The notes: generated by a model from the sequence alone, not told the origin. Counted from the stretch's first letter, positions 27,097-37,157 are shown. The stretch is DNA of 64,000 nucleotides from Candidatus Coatesbacteria bacterium (GCA_014728225.1 WJLX01000003.1:14815-78814); one strand, 5' to 3'. Numbers and translations are program-made.

Positions 27097-29895
27097 TCAT
27101 TCGTTGCCGTAGCGAAGGTAGAGGTGGGGCTGGGCGAAGAGCTCGGCGGCGAACTCCATCAGCTCGTCGGCCTCCAGCTCCTCGATCTCGTCGATGTAGT
27201 CGCTGTCGAAGTCATAGCCGACGCCGAGGAGCTCGTTGACCGCGGCCTGCTGCAGGCGGGCCGCCGCCGTCGACAGATCGTAGACGTAGCGCGAGACGGT
27301 CAGCATGCTCTTGCCGCGCTCGAGCTCGTCGTCGGGTACGGGCTCGGTGCTGATGCGCTCGAGTTCGCGATCGACGATCTCTCGAGCCTCGGCGACCTTG
27401 CCGGGCTCCGTGCCCAGGTAGAGGGCGAAGGCCGCCGGGACCCTTCCGGCCAGGGGGAAGGCGTGGACGGCGTAGACCAGTCCGGCGCCGCGCAGGGCGA
27501 AGTGCAGCCGGCCGTTGGGCAGGTAGATGCCCGACAGCACGGCGTCCAGCAGGTCCTGCTCGAAGCGGCGGGGATCGTCGAGTTCCAGCCCGGGCCAGAG
27601 CCAGTAGAGGACGGTCTGCTCCCGCTCGGTGGGCAGGGCCGTCTCGCCGTCCCGGGCCGGGAAGTTAGGCGCTCCGGGGAGCTCCAGCCCCAGGTAGCCC
27701 TTGGGGATCCCATCCCACAGTCCCGCGACGAGTTCGCGGACCTCGTCGGCCTCGACGGCGCCGGCGACGGTCAACACGACGTTCTCCGGACGCACACTCT
27801 GTTGATGGTACTCCATCAGGCGCTCCCGGCTCAAGGTATCGATGGATTCGAGGTTGCCGCTCTGGTGGTGGGCGTAGGGGTGCTCGCCGAAGAAGGCGGC
27901 CTTGGCCTCGCGGTAGGCCTGGGTGAAGGGACTGTCGGCCTCGGCGGCCAACTCGTCGAGGAGGTTGAGGCGCAGGTTTTCCACCTTGTCGACGGGGAAG
28001 GTCGGCTCGAGGAGGACCCCGCTGACCAGCTCCAGGGCCAGGGGCAGGTCCCGGGCCAGCACCTTGGCGCTGACCGAGCCGTAGTCCCGGTAGCTGCCGG
28101 CGCCGATGAAGCCGCCGCGCTGCTCCAGGACCAGGTTGAGCTCCTCGGCCGTGTAGTCGGCGGTACCCTTGAGCAGGGCGCGCATCATGAAGTTGAAGGC
28201 CCCCTCCTCGTCGGGTTGCTCGACGGCGTAGCCGCCGCCGACCAGGGCGCCCACCGTGGCGCTGCCGACGCTGGAGTCCTCCAGGACCAACAGGCGCAGG
28301 CCGTTGTCGAACTCGAACAGCTCGAGCTCGCCGACGTCGCCTTCACCGCCGAGATCGATTTCGTAACGCGGCGGGTAATCCCGCGCCAGGTCGTTGACGG
28401 CCGAATAGTCGGTTTCCAGGGGTAGCTGCTCGGCCGGGCCGCGCTCGCGATAGACGAAGTAGGTGTCGGCTTGTCCAGGCACGACCTCGCCGCGGCCCTC
28501 CAGCGAAGCCTCCAGGCCGTGGACCTCGGCCACCGGGGCGCTCTCCACCAGCTCCAGCCGCTCGGGGTCGGCCAGCAGGGAGAGGTCGAACTCACCGGCC
28601 TCGACGGGCCAGTTGACGGCCAGGTAGAGATTGTCGGGACGGAAGTAGCGCCGGGCCGCTTCGCGCAGCTCCTCGGCGGTCACCGCCCGGCAGCCCGCGA
28701 TGTAACCCTCGCTGAACTCCAGATCGCCCAGCAGGGCGTCGTAGCCCAGGCGGGAGGCCTGGCTGGTCAGCTCCTCGCCGGCGAAGACGTAGTCGGCCAG
28801 GAAACCGTTCTTGACCCGCTCCAGCTCCTCCTCGTCCACCAACTCCTCGGTCAGGCGCAGTACCTCGGCGTAGGCCGTGTTGTAGGCCTCGAGGATGCGA
28901 TCGGCTTCGCCGGCGAGGCTGATGGTGAACTGGCCGGCGTCGTAGGTCGGGGTGTAGCTGGAGACGGAGAAGGAGGACACCAGGGAGCGTTGCTCCTTGA
29001 GGGCCTGATACAAGCGGCTGGAACGGCCGCGCTCCAGCAGGTTCATCAGCACGTCGAGGGCGTAGAGATCCTCGGCCCACAGGGGTACCGTGCGGAAGCC
29101 GAAGCTGAGGTAGGCCTCGTTGAAGGTGGTGTACTCGACGGCGTAACGCGGGGCGGAGAGCTGCTCCGGCCTGGGGACCCCGGGCAAAGGAACGCCCGAA
29201 GCCGCGGCGTCGCCGAACTCCGCCGCCACCTTGTCCACCATCCGCTCCAGGGGCAGATCGCCGCCGACGACGATGACCATCTTGTCCGGGGTGTAGCGCT
29301 CGGCGTAATACTCGCGCAGATCCTCCTCGGTCACCGCCCGGAAGAGGTCCGGGTAGCCCAGGATCGGGTCCGACGCGGGGGAGTCGCCGAAGATGGTGTG
29401 CTGGAAGCGGTACCAGTTGCGGGTGTCCGCCTCGTCGTTGTTCATGTTGATCTCTTTGAGGATGATCCCGCGCTGGCTGGCGATGATCTCCTCGTTGAAG
29501 TCCTGACGCAGCAGGGTCTCGGCCATCAACTCCACCAGGCTGTCGAAGCTGTCCGTCGTCGTGGTCTGGTGGTAGCAGGTGTGGGTGCGCGAGGTGTAGG
29601 CGTTAGAGGCCCCGCCGAGGGATTCGTCCCAGGTATCGATCTCGGCCTTGCTGCGCCCCGTGGTGGCGTCGCCGTGGAGATGTTCGTAGAAGTGGCTGAT
29701 GCCGGCGCCCTGGAAGCGTCCCTCATAAACACCGCCGGTCTTGACGTAGACCCGCATGGTCACCGTCGGGTTGAGCTCGTTCTCGAAGGCCACGATGGTC
29801 AGGCCGTTGTCCAGCTCGACCCGGACGGCCTCGCGGGCCAGCACCGGCGTGGTGATCAGCAAAGCCAGAATCAGTACGCTCAAAGTCTTGCGCAT
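27097..29895 (-). CDS. Secreted M16-family zinc peptidase (tandem insulinase-like units, 932 aa)
   Basis: Signal peptide. HFYEHLHGD contains the inverted zinc-binding HxxEH motif. The second half is a degenerate M16 unit (NFMMRALLKGTADYT). Confidence 0.8.
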   Translation of the reverse strand: MRKTLSVLILALLITTPVLAREAVRVELDNGLTIVAFENELNPTVTMRVYVKTGGVYEGRFQGAGISHFYEHLHGDATTGRSKAEIDTWDESLGGASNAYTSRTHTCYHQTTTTDSFDSLVELMAETLLRQDFNEEIIASQRGIILKEINMNNDEADTRNWYRFQHTIFGDSPASDPILGYPDLFRAVTEEDLREYYAERYTPDKMVIVVGGDLPLERMVDKVAAEFGDAAASGVPLPGVPRPEQLSAPRYAVEYTTFNEAYLSFGFRTVPLWAEDLYALDVLMNLLERGRSSRLYQALKEQRSLVSSFSVSSYTPTYDAGQFTISLAGEADRILEAYNTAYAEVLRLTEELVDEEELERVKNGFLADYVFAGEELTSQASRLGYDALLGDLEFSEGYIAGCRAVTAEELREAARRYFRPDNLYLAVNWPVEAGEFDLSLLADPERLELVESAPVAEVHGLEASLEGRGEVVPGQADTYFVYRERGPAEQLPLETDYSAVNDLARDYPPRYEIDLGGEGDVGELELFEFDNGLRLLVLEDSSVGSATVGALVGGGYAVEQPDEEGAFNFMMRALLKGTADYTAEELNLVLEQRGGFIGAGSYRDYGSVSAKVLARDLPLALELVSGVLLEPTFPVDKVENLRLNLLDELAAEADSPFTQAYREAKAAFFGEHPYAHHQSGNLESIDTLSRERLMEYHQQSVRPENVVLTVAGAVEADEVRELVAGLWDGIPKGYLGLELPGAPNFPARDGETALPTEREQTVLYWLWPGLELDDPRRFEQDLLDAVLSGIYLPNGRLHFALRGAGLVYAVHAFPLAGRVPAAFALYLGTEPGKVAEAREIVDRELERISTEPVPDDELERGKSMLTVSRYVYDLSTAAARLQQAAVNELLGVGYDFDSDYIDEIEELEADELMEFAAELFAQPHLYLRYGNE

Positions 29896-30066
29896 GCGTT
29901 TACCCCGTTGACAGGTGAGGCCGCCACCGTCGACGGCGGCCGGTTTATCGCTGGACGATTAGTTCCCCGGTATTATACCGTATTTTTACCCTTTTTGTTT
30001 CCATCGCCGCCGCCGTCCGTCAACACGACCCACCCGCAGGTCCGGGCGGCCCGAGCCGCCGCGCCG

Positions 30067-30151
30067 CCGGAACCGGCACGGTTGTTGCATCTCGGCGCCC
30101 GTGACGGATACTGCTAACGGTCCGCCTCCGCAACAACCGTGCCGGTTCCGG
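30067..30151. repeat. Palindromic intergenic element, copy 3 (variant; extended palindrome about 30011..30218)
   Basis: Inner IRs CCGGAACCGGCACGGTTGTTGC ... GCAACAACCGTGCCGGTTCCGG, with a symmetric T/A change on both arms. Outer arms CCGCCGTCCGTCAACACGACCC / GGGTCGTGTTGACGGACGGCGG are unrelated to the other copies but still self-complementary. Confidence 0.8.
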
Positions 30152-30265
30152 CGGCGTGTTTCCCGGTCCGTGGTTGGTGAGGTGACGGGATTGCGGGGTC
30201 GTGTTGACGGACGGCGGGGTCGCTGGACCCCGCCGTGTTTAGCTGTTGTTCGGGCGTGCTGGGGA

Positions 30266-31300
30266 TCAGTTGTTTCCCGTTTCGGCGCTTTCGCTGATAT
30301 CGGCCTCGCGCAGGTATTTGGCGGCGTCTTCGGGTTTGGTGGGGTTGATGTAGAAGCCGGTGCCCCATTCGAAGCCGGCGACCTTGGTCAGCTTGGGCAT
30401 GATTTCGATGTGCCAGTGGTAGGCCAGCAGGTCGGTGCCGCGGCAGTTGACCGGCGAGTTGTGGATGAGGAAGTTGTAGGGTGGGCTGGAGAGGGTCACC
30501 GAGAGGCGCTTGAGGGTTTCGCGCAGCAGGGCGGAGAGCATGGCCAGGTCGTTGTCGCGCTCGAAGAAGGGGCGATGGTCCTTGGGCAGCAGCCAGGTTT
30601 CGAAGGGGAAGCGCGGGGCGAAGGGGGCCAGGGAGATGAATTTTTCATTCTCGCAGATGACCCGTTGGCCCTGGTTGAGTTCCTGCTTGATGATGTCGCA
30701 GAAGACGCAGCGTTCCTTCCAGCCGTAGTAGATCTTGGATCCCTCCAGCTCTTCGGTGACGCGCTTGGGGATGATCGGCGTGGAGATGAGCTGGGAGTGG
30801 GAGTGGGAGAGTGAGGCTCCGGCGGCGCTGCCCTCGTTCTTGAAGACCAGGATGTAGCGGAAGCGGGAATCCCGGGTCAGGTCGACGATCCGCTGGCGGT
30901 AGGCGGTGACCACGTGCTGGACCAGCTCGGGCGGCAGGTCGTGGAGCCGCTGGGCGTGGTCGGGCGTTTCGATGATCACTTCGTGGGCGCCGATGCCGTT
31001 CATCATGTCGAACATGCCGACGCCCCGGCGGTCGAGTTCTCCCTCGATGCGCAGGGCGGGGAACTTGTTGGGCACCACGCGGACCTGCCAGCCCGGGGTG
31101 TTGGGTTGGCGTTCGTCGTTGCCCGGCTGGTTGACGGTGAAGATCTCGGGCGGGGTCTTGCCCTCGTTGCCCTCGCAGAAGGGGCAGCCCTTTGCGCTGG
31201 ACTCTTCGGGTTCGGTGGCGAAATCGCTGGGGCGTTTCCCCCGCTCGGAAGAGATGATCACCCAGCGACCGATAATCGGATCACGGCGGAGCTCAGGCAC
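30266..31300 (-). CDS. galT: Galactose-1-phosphate uridylyltransferase (HIT superfamily)
   Basis: CPFCEGNE zinc motif and SHSHSQLIS (HxHxQ nucleotidyl-histidine) motif. Confidence 0.85.
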   Translation of the reverse strand: MPELRRDPIIGRWVIISSERGKRPSDFATEPEESSAKGCPFCEGNEGKTPPEIFTVNQPGNDERQPNTPGWQVRVVPNKFPALRIEGELDRRGVGMFDMMNGIGAHEVIIETPDHAQRLHDLPPELVQHVVTAYRQRIVDLTRDSRFRYILVFKNEGSAAGASLSHSHSQLISTPIIPKRVTEELEGSKIYYGWKERCVFCDIIKQELNQGQRVICENEKFISLAPFAPRFPFETWLLPKDHRPFFERDNDLAMLSALLRETLKRLSVTLSSPPYNFLIHNSPVNCRGTDLLAYHWHIEIMPKLTKVAGFEWGTGFYINPTKPEDAAKYLREADISESAETGNN

Positions 31301-31584
31301 TGCAGCCTCCTGTGATAAAGCTCTAAAGCTTCTTTTAACAATGGCTTAGGACGTGTCTTCGGCACGCCGCTCCGTTCATCTTTAGTATAGCATAGGAGCT
31401 GCGGGGGCGCGCCGTCAACCGTCAAGCGCTGTCTTTTTGACTAAGACTGCGGCCTTCTCGGGGGGACAATCGTCGGGCCGCGGGGTCGAAGCCGAGCGTT
31501 GGCAAGCGGGGGAGGCGCTAAGCCTCCCCCGGGTCGGGCAGTCGGTTCAGGCGGTCGGATCGGCGGGCTGCTCGGCAGCGGCCG

Positions 31585-32583
31585 TTAACCCTCGTCCCCG
31601 GTTTCGTTCTCGTCGGGATTCTGGTCGTCAGAGCCGTCCGGGGTGACGGGAGCCTCGGTTTCGCCGCCGGCATCGAGCAGGCCGAAGTCCAGCTCTTCGA
31701 GTCCGGCCAGGTCCTCGGTGCTGAGCTCACCGGGCAGCTCATCGACGGCTTCGTCGGCGGTGTCGGTCGCGATGGGCTCAATGGGGATCAGGTCGACCAG
31801 GGAGGTCAGGTACTCGCCGGTATCGAGGATGTGTTGAGCCCGGCGGACGAAGGGGTCGTCCTCTTCGCCCTCGTCGACGACGCTCTGCAGCAGCTCCTCG
31901 GCCTCGCCGTTCTCGCCCTGGAGGGCCAGGATGCGGGCCTGCTCGATCTTGGCCGCGGGGGCGAGGTAGCTGTCGCCGGCGGCCAGCTCGCGGTAGATCT
32001 CCAGGGCCGGCGCGAACTGCTCGCGCTCGAGATGGACGGAGCCCAGGGTGAAGCGGGCCTGGAGGGCCAGGGGCTCGAAGGCGCTCTGGCTGACCTGTTC
32101 GAGTTTCTGCCGGGCCTCGTCGAGGTTGCCGCGGTGCAGGGCGCAGAGGCCGATATAGAGGGTGGCCGTGTCGCGATCGAAGTCGGAGCCCGGATCCTCG
32201 GCGACGCGGTTGAACAGCACCAGGGCGTCGGCCAGGTGTTTGTCGCGCTCCGCGGGTGTCGGCTCGACGCGTTGGGGTTGGCCGTCGACCTGCTTTACCT
32301 CGCCCTCGAAGGCCATGCCGTAGATCTGGATGCCCCGGCCGAGGACCTCGGCGGTCTCGGAGACGGGCTCCTCGCCGGCGAAGACGAAGAGGTAGACGAT
32401 GGCGGCCACCAGCAGGATACCGGCGATCAGGCCCCAGACGACGATCCGGCGCCGCCGCTTGTCCAGCAGGTCGGCCTCTTCGTAGTAATGCCCGATGTCG
32501 TCGCCTTTGGGGGCGCCGTCGGCCTGGAGTTCCCTGATGCTGTCGTCGGCCTTGATGTGCTTGGCTTTGCGTCGCTTGGCCAT
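31585..32583 (-). CDS. Membrane-anchored TPR-like protein (YfgM-like architecture) with acidic C-terminal tail
   Basis: Basic N-terminus and a single TM helix (VVWGLIAGILLVAAIVYLFVF), followed by TPR-like helical repeats and a D/E-rich tail. Confidence 0.5.
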   Translation of the reverse strand: MAKRRKAKHIKADDSIRELQADGAPKGDDIGHYYEEADLLDKRRRRIVVWGLIAGILLVAAIVYLFVFAGEEPVSETAEVLGRGIQIYGMAFEGEVKQVDGQPQRVEPTPAERDKHLADALVLFNRVAEDPGSDFDRDTATLYIGLCALHRGNLDEARQKLEQVSQSAFEPLALQARFTLGSVHLEREQFAPALEIYRELAAGDSYLAPAAKIEQARILALQGENGEAEELLQSVVDEGEEDDPFVRRAQHILDTGEYLTSLVDLIPIEPIATDTADEAVDELPGELSTEDLAGLEELDFGLLDAGGETEAPVTPDGSDDQNPDENETGDEG

Positions 32584-32620
32584 TTGATCTCCCGCGCCCC
32601 GCCGGGGCGCTCGTGGCTCT

Positions 32621-33130
32621 TTAGGGGGTCAGGTAGCTGCGGGCCAACTCGATGTAGCCCTGGGCGTGTTGACGCTGCCCCTCGATCTCTTCCGGGGACA
32701 GCTTGCGCACGACCTTGCCGGGGACGCCCATCACCATCGAGCCGGCGGGGATCTTCTTGCGCGGCGGGATCAGACTCCCGGCGGCGATCAGGCAGCCCGC
32801 GCCGATCTCGGCGTGGTCGAGGATGATCGCTCCCATGCCGATCAGGCTGCCGTCGCCGACGCGGCAGGCGTGCAGTACGGCGCGGTGACCGATGGTCACG
32901 TCGCGGCCGATGATCGTCGCAGCGTCCTTGTCGACGTGGACGACGGTCAGGTCCTGGACGTTGGAGTTGGCTCCGATGACGATGGGCGCCAGGTCGGCGC
33001 GCAGAACGCAGCCGTGCCAGACGCTGACCTCGGGACCCAGCTCGACGTCGCCGATGATGTCGGCCGACGGGGCCACGTAGAGGCAGCCCTGGTCGAGGGG
33101 ACTGTTGCCGTTATGCTGATAGAAGGGCAT
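32621..33130 (-). CDS. Gamma-class carbonic anhydrase-like / hexapeptide-repeat protein (YrdA/PaaY family)
   Basis: Left-handed beta-helix hexapeptide repeats with the conserved His pattern (VWHGCVLRAD, IGHRAVLHAC). Confidence 0.8.
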   Translation of the reverse strand: MPFYQHNGNSPLDQGCLYVAPSADIIGDVELGPEVSVWHGCVLRADLAPIVIGANSNVQDLTVVHVDKDAATIIGRDVTIGHRAVLHACRVGDGSLIGMGAIILDHAEIGAGCLIAAGSLIPPRKKIPAGSMVMGVPGKVVRKLSPEEIEGQRQHAQGYIELARSYLTP

Positions 33131-33201
33131 CGTTTCTCCCTTGGTCGAGGGGGGCGATTGTACTAACCGGCGCGGCGCAGTGTCAACCGGACCGCGACCA
33201 C

Positions 33202-33978
33202 TCAGCCGCCGCCGGTTCCGCCGCCCCGGCGCTCGAAGCGGCGCAGGCCCTTGCCGGCGCCGCGCAGTTCCTCACGCAGCCGCTTGACTTCGCCCGGCGA
33301 CAGCCTGCGCCAGCGGCCCGGCTCCAGGTCCTTGAGCTCCAGGGTGCCGAACTTGATCCGCTTGAGCCGCAGCACCCGGTAGCCCAGGTGCTCGCACATC
33401 CGGCGGATCTGGCGGTTGCGGCCCTCGTAAAGGTCGATGTAGAAACGGGTCTTGTCGCCGGCGCGCTCCAGCAGCTTGACCCCGGCGGGCAGGGTGCGGC
33501 CGTCCTCCAGCTCGACCCCGGCGGCCAACTCGCGCAGATGCTTGTTGGTCACCCGGCCGCGTGTCGTCACCAGATACCGCTTGATCACGTGGTAGCGCGG
33601 GTGGAGCAACCGGGCGGCCAGGGTGCCGTCGTCGGTCAGCAGCAGCAGGCCCTCGCTGTCCCGGTCCAGCCGCCCCACCGGGAAGACCCGGCGCGGGTAG
33701 CTCTTCAGCAGGTCGCCGATGTCGCGCCGGCCCTTCTCGTCCTCCAGGCTGGTGATGATCCCCCGGGGCTTGTAGAAGACCAGGTAGTGGTAATCCTCGG
33801 GCAGTTCGAGGGGTTTGCCGTCCAGTTCGATGGTCTGGGTCTCCGGGTCCGCCTTATCGCCCAGGCTCGCCGGAACGCCGTCGACGCTCACCCGGCCGGC
33901 CTCGATGAGCTTCTCGGCGGCTCGGCGGCTGCAGACCCCGGCGCGGGCGATCAGCTTCTGTAGGCGCTCCTGCGGCAT
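33202..33978 (-). CDS. rluB: 23S rRNA pseudouridine synthase, RluB/RsuA family
   Basis: S4 domain (LQKLIARAGVCSRRAAEKLIEAGRVSVDG) and catalytic block with the conserved Asp (RVFPVGRLDRDSEGLLLLTDDG). R/G-rich C-terminal tail. Confidence 0.85.
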   Translation of the reverse strand: MPQERLQKLIARAGVCSRRAAEKLIEAGRVSVDGVPASLGDKADPETQTIELDGKPLELPEDYHYLVFYKPRGIITSLEDEKGRRDIGDLLKSYPRRVFPVGRLDRDSEGLLLLTDDGTLAARLLHPRYHVIKRYLVTTRGRVTNKHLRELAAGVELEDGRTLPAGVKLLERAGDKTRFYIDLYEGRNRQIRRMCEHLGYRVLRLKRIKFGTLELKDLEPGRWRRLSPGEVKRLREELRGAGKGLRRFERRGGGTGGG

Positions 33979-34066
33979 GGGTAAAAGTATAACAGAGTTG
34001 CCGGGTTATCGTCTTCGGGCGGGAGACCTTTGCCGAACACCCCGCACGCTCCACAGCCGCCGGCCC

Positions 34067-34150
34067 CCGGAACTGGCACGGTTTTTGCATCTCGGCGACC
34101 GTTAGCACGGCTGTAACGGTCCGCCTCCGCAAAAACCGTGCCAGTTCCGG
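34067..34150. repeat. Palindromic intergenic element, copy 4 (extended palindrome about 34017..34212)
   Basis: IRs CCGGAACTGGCACGGTTTTTGC / GCAAAAACCGTGCCAGTTCCGG with a symmetric C-to-T/G-to-A change. Outer arms GGGAGACCTTTGCCGAA / TCGCGCAAAGGTCTCCC. Lies in the divergent rluB-crcB intergenic region. Confidence 0.8.
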
Positions 34151-34337
34151 GGGCCGGGGCGGGGCTGGTTGACGGCCGCGGGCGAGTCGCGCAAAGGTCT
34201 CCCGCCCGGGGCGAAACCGCGGGATGGATTGGTCTGGGTATCGCCTTGCCCCGTGGTCGACGGCGATGCTATAGTCGCCGGAAACCCGCCAAGGCTTGCC
34301 GGTGGTTTGCGTATTCCGTTTGACGAGGAGCATATCT

Positions 34338-34724
34338 TTGACCCTGCTGAAGAAAGTCCTGCTCCTCTTCGCCTCAGGCGGCGCGGGCACTCTGGGCCGC
34401 TTCGGCCTGCTGCTGGCCCTGCGCCGGCTGCCTGCGGGCCGTTTCACCTGGCCGACGATCATCGTCAACTTCCTCGGCTGTTTCCTCGTAGGTTTAGTGG
34501 TGGAATTGGCGGCCGAGCGCTGGCAGTGGGACGCTCATACTTCGAGCATCATTCTGATCGGTTTCTTCGGCGCCTTCACCACCTTCTCGGCGGTGATCCT
34601 GGAGGCACTGCGTTTGGGTCAGAGCGGGGATTGGCTCTGGGCGGCGGGGTACATCGTGGTCCAGAACGTCCTGGGCTTGGGTGGTATCATCGGCGGTGTC
34701 AATCTGGGCCGGGTCTTGGCCTGA
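34338..34724 (+). CDS. crcB: Fluoride ion channel CrcB/FluC
   Basis: GAGGAG RBS and TTG start. Motifs GGAGTLGRF, TIIVNFLGCFLVG and GFFGAFTTFS are typical of CrcB. Confidence 0.85.
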   Translation: MTLLKKVLLLFASGGAGTLGRFGLLLALRRLPAGRFTWPTIIVNFLGCFLVGLVVELAAERWQWDAHTSSIILIGFFGAFTTFSAVILEALRLGQSGDWLWAAGYIVVQNVLGLGGIIGGVNLGRVLA

Positions 34725-34790
34725 GGCCAACTTGTCTCGGCCCCGTCGAGGGGTTATCATGAACTACGAATCCAGCTTCAGCGGAGCACC

Positions 34791-36695
34791 GTGAGCGAGC
34801 TGACCCTCAAGCGTGTGGAAGGACGCGGCCTGGCCGTCCCCTGGCGGCTCTACGGCTACATCCTGCGCGAGCACATCGGCCCCTTCCTTTTCGCCCTGGT
34901 GGTGGCCACCCTGGTGCTGATCCTGGGCCAGGTGTTCCGCATGATGGAGCTGATCCTCAACAAGGGCGTGCCGGCCCAGTTCGCCCTGGAGCTATTCGTT
35001 CTCTACCTGCCGGCCGTGCTGGCCTACGACGTGCCGATGGCCCTGATGGTCGGGACGTTGATGGCCTTCGGTCGCTTGTCGGCGGATTCGGAGATTACGG
35101 CGATGAAGGCCACGGGGACCAGCTTCCTCTCGCTGATGGTCCCCAGCCTGGCCCTGGCCGTGGTCTTCGCCGTGGGGATGTTCTTCTTCAACGATCGCGT
35201 GCTGCCCGAGGCCAACCACGACTTCAAGAACCTGCTCTACGACATCCAGAACAAGCGTCCGGACATCAACCTGCGTGAGGGTGTGTTCATCAACGACTTC
35301 CCGGGTTACCTGATCTACATCGAGCAGTTGGACGATCGCTCGATGGAGATGGCGGGGGTGCGGATCAACATGCCCCGGGGCGGGCGACTGGAGAAGATCG
35401 TCACCGCGGCCCGGGGACGCATCGAGACGGGCGAGGGCGGCTATATCCGGCTGTACCTCGAGGAAGGCGAGATCCAGATCAAGCCGATGGGTTCCGACGC
35501 CTTCCGGATTCTGCACTTCGACGACTACACCATCGACATCGACGCCGACACGGAGCTCAAGCGCGAGGAGCGTCTGCTGCGTTCGGATCGTGAGATGACC
35601 GTGGCGATGATGGAGGCCAAGGTCAACGAGTTCGATCTGGACCGGGCGATGCTGGCGCGGGCGGCGCAGATCCGCAAGCGGCAGATGCTGGCCGGGGAGG
35701 AGTTGACCCCGCGCCACGAGCTGCTGCAGAATCTGACCCTGGCCGCCGGGGGCTACACCCCGAGCGAGATCCGCCAGATATACAACATCCGCGAGCCCCT
35801 CGAGCAGCGCGAGATGACCCCGGGTTCGGCCAAACACGGCGACAAGCCGGGACCGGAGAAGATCGATTTCGCCGACCGTACGCCCCTGGCCGAGCTCAGC
35901 CTGCCGGGGAGCCTGGAGGAGGGGCGCGAGGCCGAGATCGGCGCGACGTTCGAGGACGCCCCCGCGGCCGAAGATGACGACGGCCGAGCTCCACCTCCGG
36001 GGACCGGCCTCTACATCGACCCCTTGGAGCAGCACCTGGCGATGCAGCGCTCCGGCACCGACAAACCGCCGATCGAGCTGTTCGAGGATAACGGCGAGAA
36101 AGCTGAAGCTGGCGAGGCGGAGGAGGAGGCCGCAACCGCCGGGATCGTCCGACCCGAGGCGATCATCGACCGCTCGCACTCGCCGGAGGGGATCACCGCC
36201 ACCCTGACCGTCGCCGAGCGCCTGGCCCGGGAGGAGCGCTACCTGGCGACGCGCTATCGGACACTGCGCAGCCAGATGGATAAATACGAACTCGAGATCG
36301 CCAAGAAGTACTCCATCTCCTTCGCCTGCATCAGCTTCGTCCTCCTCGGCGCGCCGCTGGGGGTGATGATCCGCCGCAAGGGCAAGGGTATCGGTTTCGT
36401 GACGTCGATCGGTTTCTTCTTTTTCTACTGGGTCTGCCTGGTGGGCGGCGAGGCGTTGGGCGACGGCGGCGACCTCAACCCCTGGCTGGCGATGTGGCTG
36501 CCCAATATCATCTTCCTCGGGCTGGCGTCGATCTTCATCTACCGCGCCGTCAACGATATCGGCATAACCTCCCGCGGCGTGGTCTCGGCGGTGCTGCGTT
36601 TCTTCACCCGGGAAGGCCCCATCGGCCGCTGGCTGGACAGGCGCAAGCGGCGGCGCATCGAGCGCGAACGCGGCTCATCGGCTTCGGCGCCTTGA
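34791..36695 (+). CDS. LptF/LptG-family (YjgP/YjgQ) permease with a large acidic periplasmic insertion
   Basis: N-terminal block RLYGYILREHIGPFLFALVVATLVLILGQVF is typical of LptF/G, plus a C-terminal TM bundle. Carries a ~250-aa insert not seen in canonical ~360-aa LptF/G. Confidence 0.65.
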   Translation: MSELTLKRVEGRGLAVPWRLYGYILREHIGPFLFALVVATLVLILGQVFRMMELILNKGVPAQFALELFVLYLPAVLAYDVPMALMVGTLMAFGRLSADSEITAMKATGTSFLSLMVPSLALAVVFAVGMFFFNDRVLPEANHDFKNLLYDIQNKRPDINLREGVFINDFPGYLIYIEQLDDRSMEMAGVRINMPRGGRLEKIVTAARGRIETGEGGYIRLYLEEGEIQIKPMGSDAFRILHFDDYTIDIDADTELKREERLLRSDREMTVAMMEAKVNEFDLDRAMLARAAQIRKRQMLAGEELTPRHELLQNLTLAAGGYTPSEIRQIYNIREPLEQREMTPGSAKHGDKPGPEKIDFADRTPLAELSLPGSLEEGREAEIGATFEDAPAAEDDDGRAPPPGTGLYIDPLEQHLAMQRSGTDKPPIELFEDNGEKAEAGEAEEEAATAGIVRPEAIIDRSHSPEGITATLTVAERLAREERYLATRYRTLRSQMDKYELEIAKKYSISFACISFVLLGAPLGVMIRRKGKGIGFVTSIGFFFFYWVCLVGGEALGDGGDLNPWLAMWLPNIIFLGLASIFIYRAVNDIGITSRGVVSAVLRFFTREGPIGRWLDRRKRRRIERERGSSASAP

Positions 36696-36792
36696 CCCGC
36701 GGGGCCTTTGCCGATATAGTTGAAGTGTTATCGGTTTCGCAGAGAAGAGGCAGAGAAGAGAAAGATAAGAGAACTAATCGAGGAGCGACTTC

Positions 36793-37035
36793 GTGGCAGA
36801 AGCCCAGACCGCTGACGAAGCCCGGCAGTTGGCCGAGAAGCTGATCGAGGAGCTGCTGGAGGCCGCCGATCCCGAGCAGCTCGAGCAGGCGCGGCAGATG
36901 GGTATGGTGTTGTCCCTGTTCGCCGGCCAGGTCGAGGAGGCCCGGGAGAAGTACAACACGGCGACGGCCGCAGACCTCGAGGACCGCGACGACATTTTCG
37001 AGAACGTGGTGACGCACAAGCTGCGTGATGCTTAA
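36793..37035 (+). CDS. Small acidic hypothetical protein (80 aa)
   Basis: GAGGAG RBS 7 nt before GTG. Predicted helical and acidic. No homology recognised. Confidence 0.3.
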   Translation: MAEAQTADEARQLAEKLIEELLEAADPEQLEQARQMGMVLSLFAGQVEEAREKYNTATAADLEDRDDIFENVVTHKLRDA

Positions 37036-37127
37036 GCTTTAGAGTCTGTTTCAGCGGGAGTCCACTCCGACGGATCGGCTCCGGGGTGAAGGCGGCGCAT
37101 GGTTGGAGAGTTTTACGGCAATCGAAC

Positions 37128-37157
37128 CAGCCGGGCCCCGGGGCCCGGCTGGTTGGC
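37128..37157. repeat. Perfect 30-bp palindrome AACCAGCCGGGCCCCGGGGCCCGGCTGGTT
   Basis: 13-bp perfect arms around CCGG, intergenic. Confidence 0.6.

Noticed and set aside
31508-31530. Hairpin GGGGGAGGC-GCTAA-GCCTCCCCC between galT and the TPR membrane protein
   Set aside because: No U-tract on either strand. It may be a GC-type terminator but is not supportable as a called feature.
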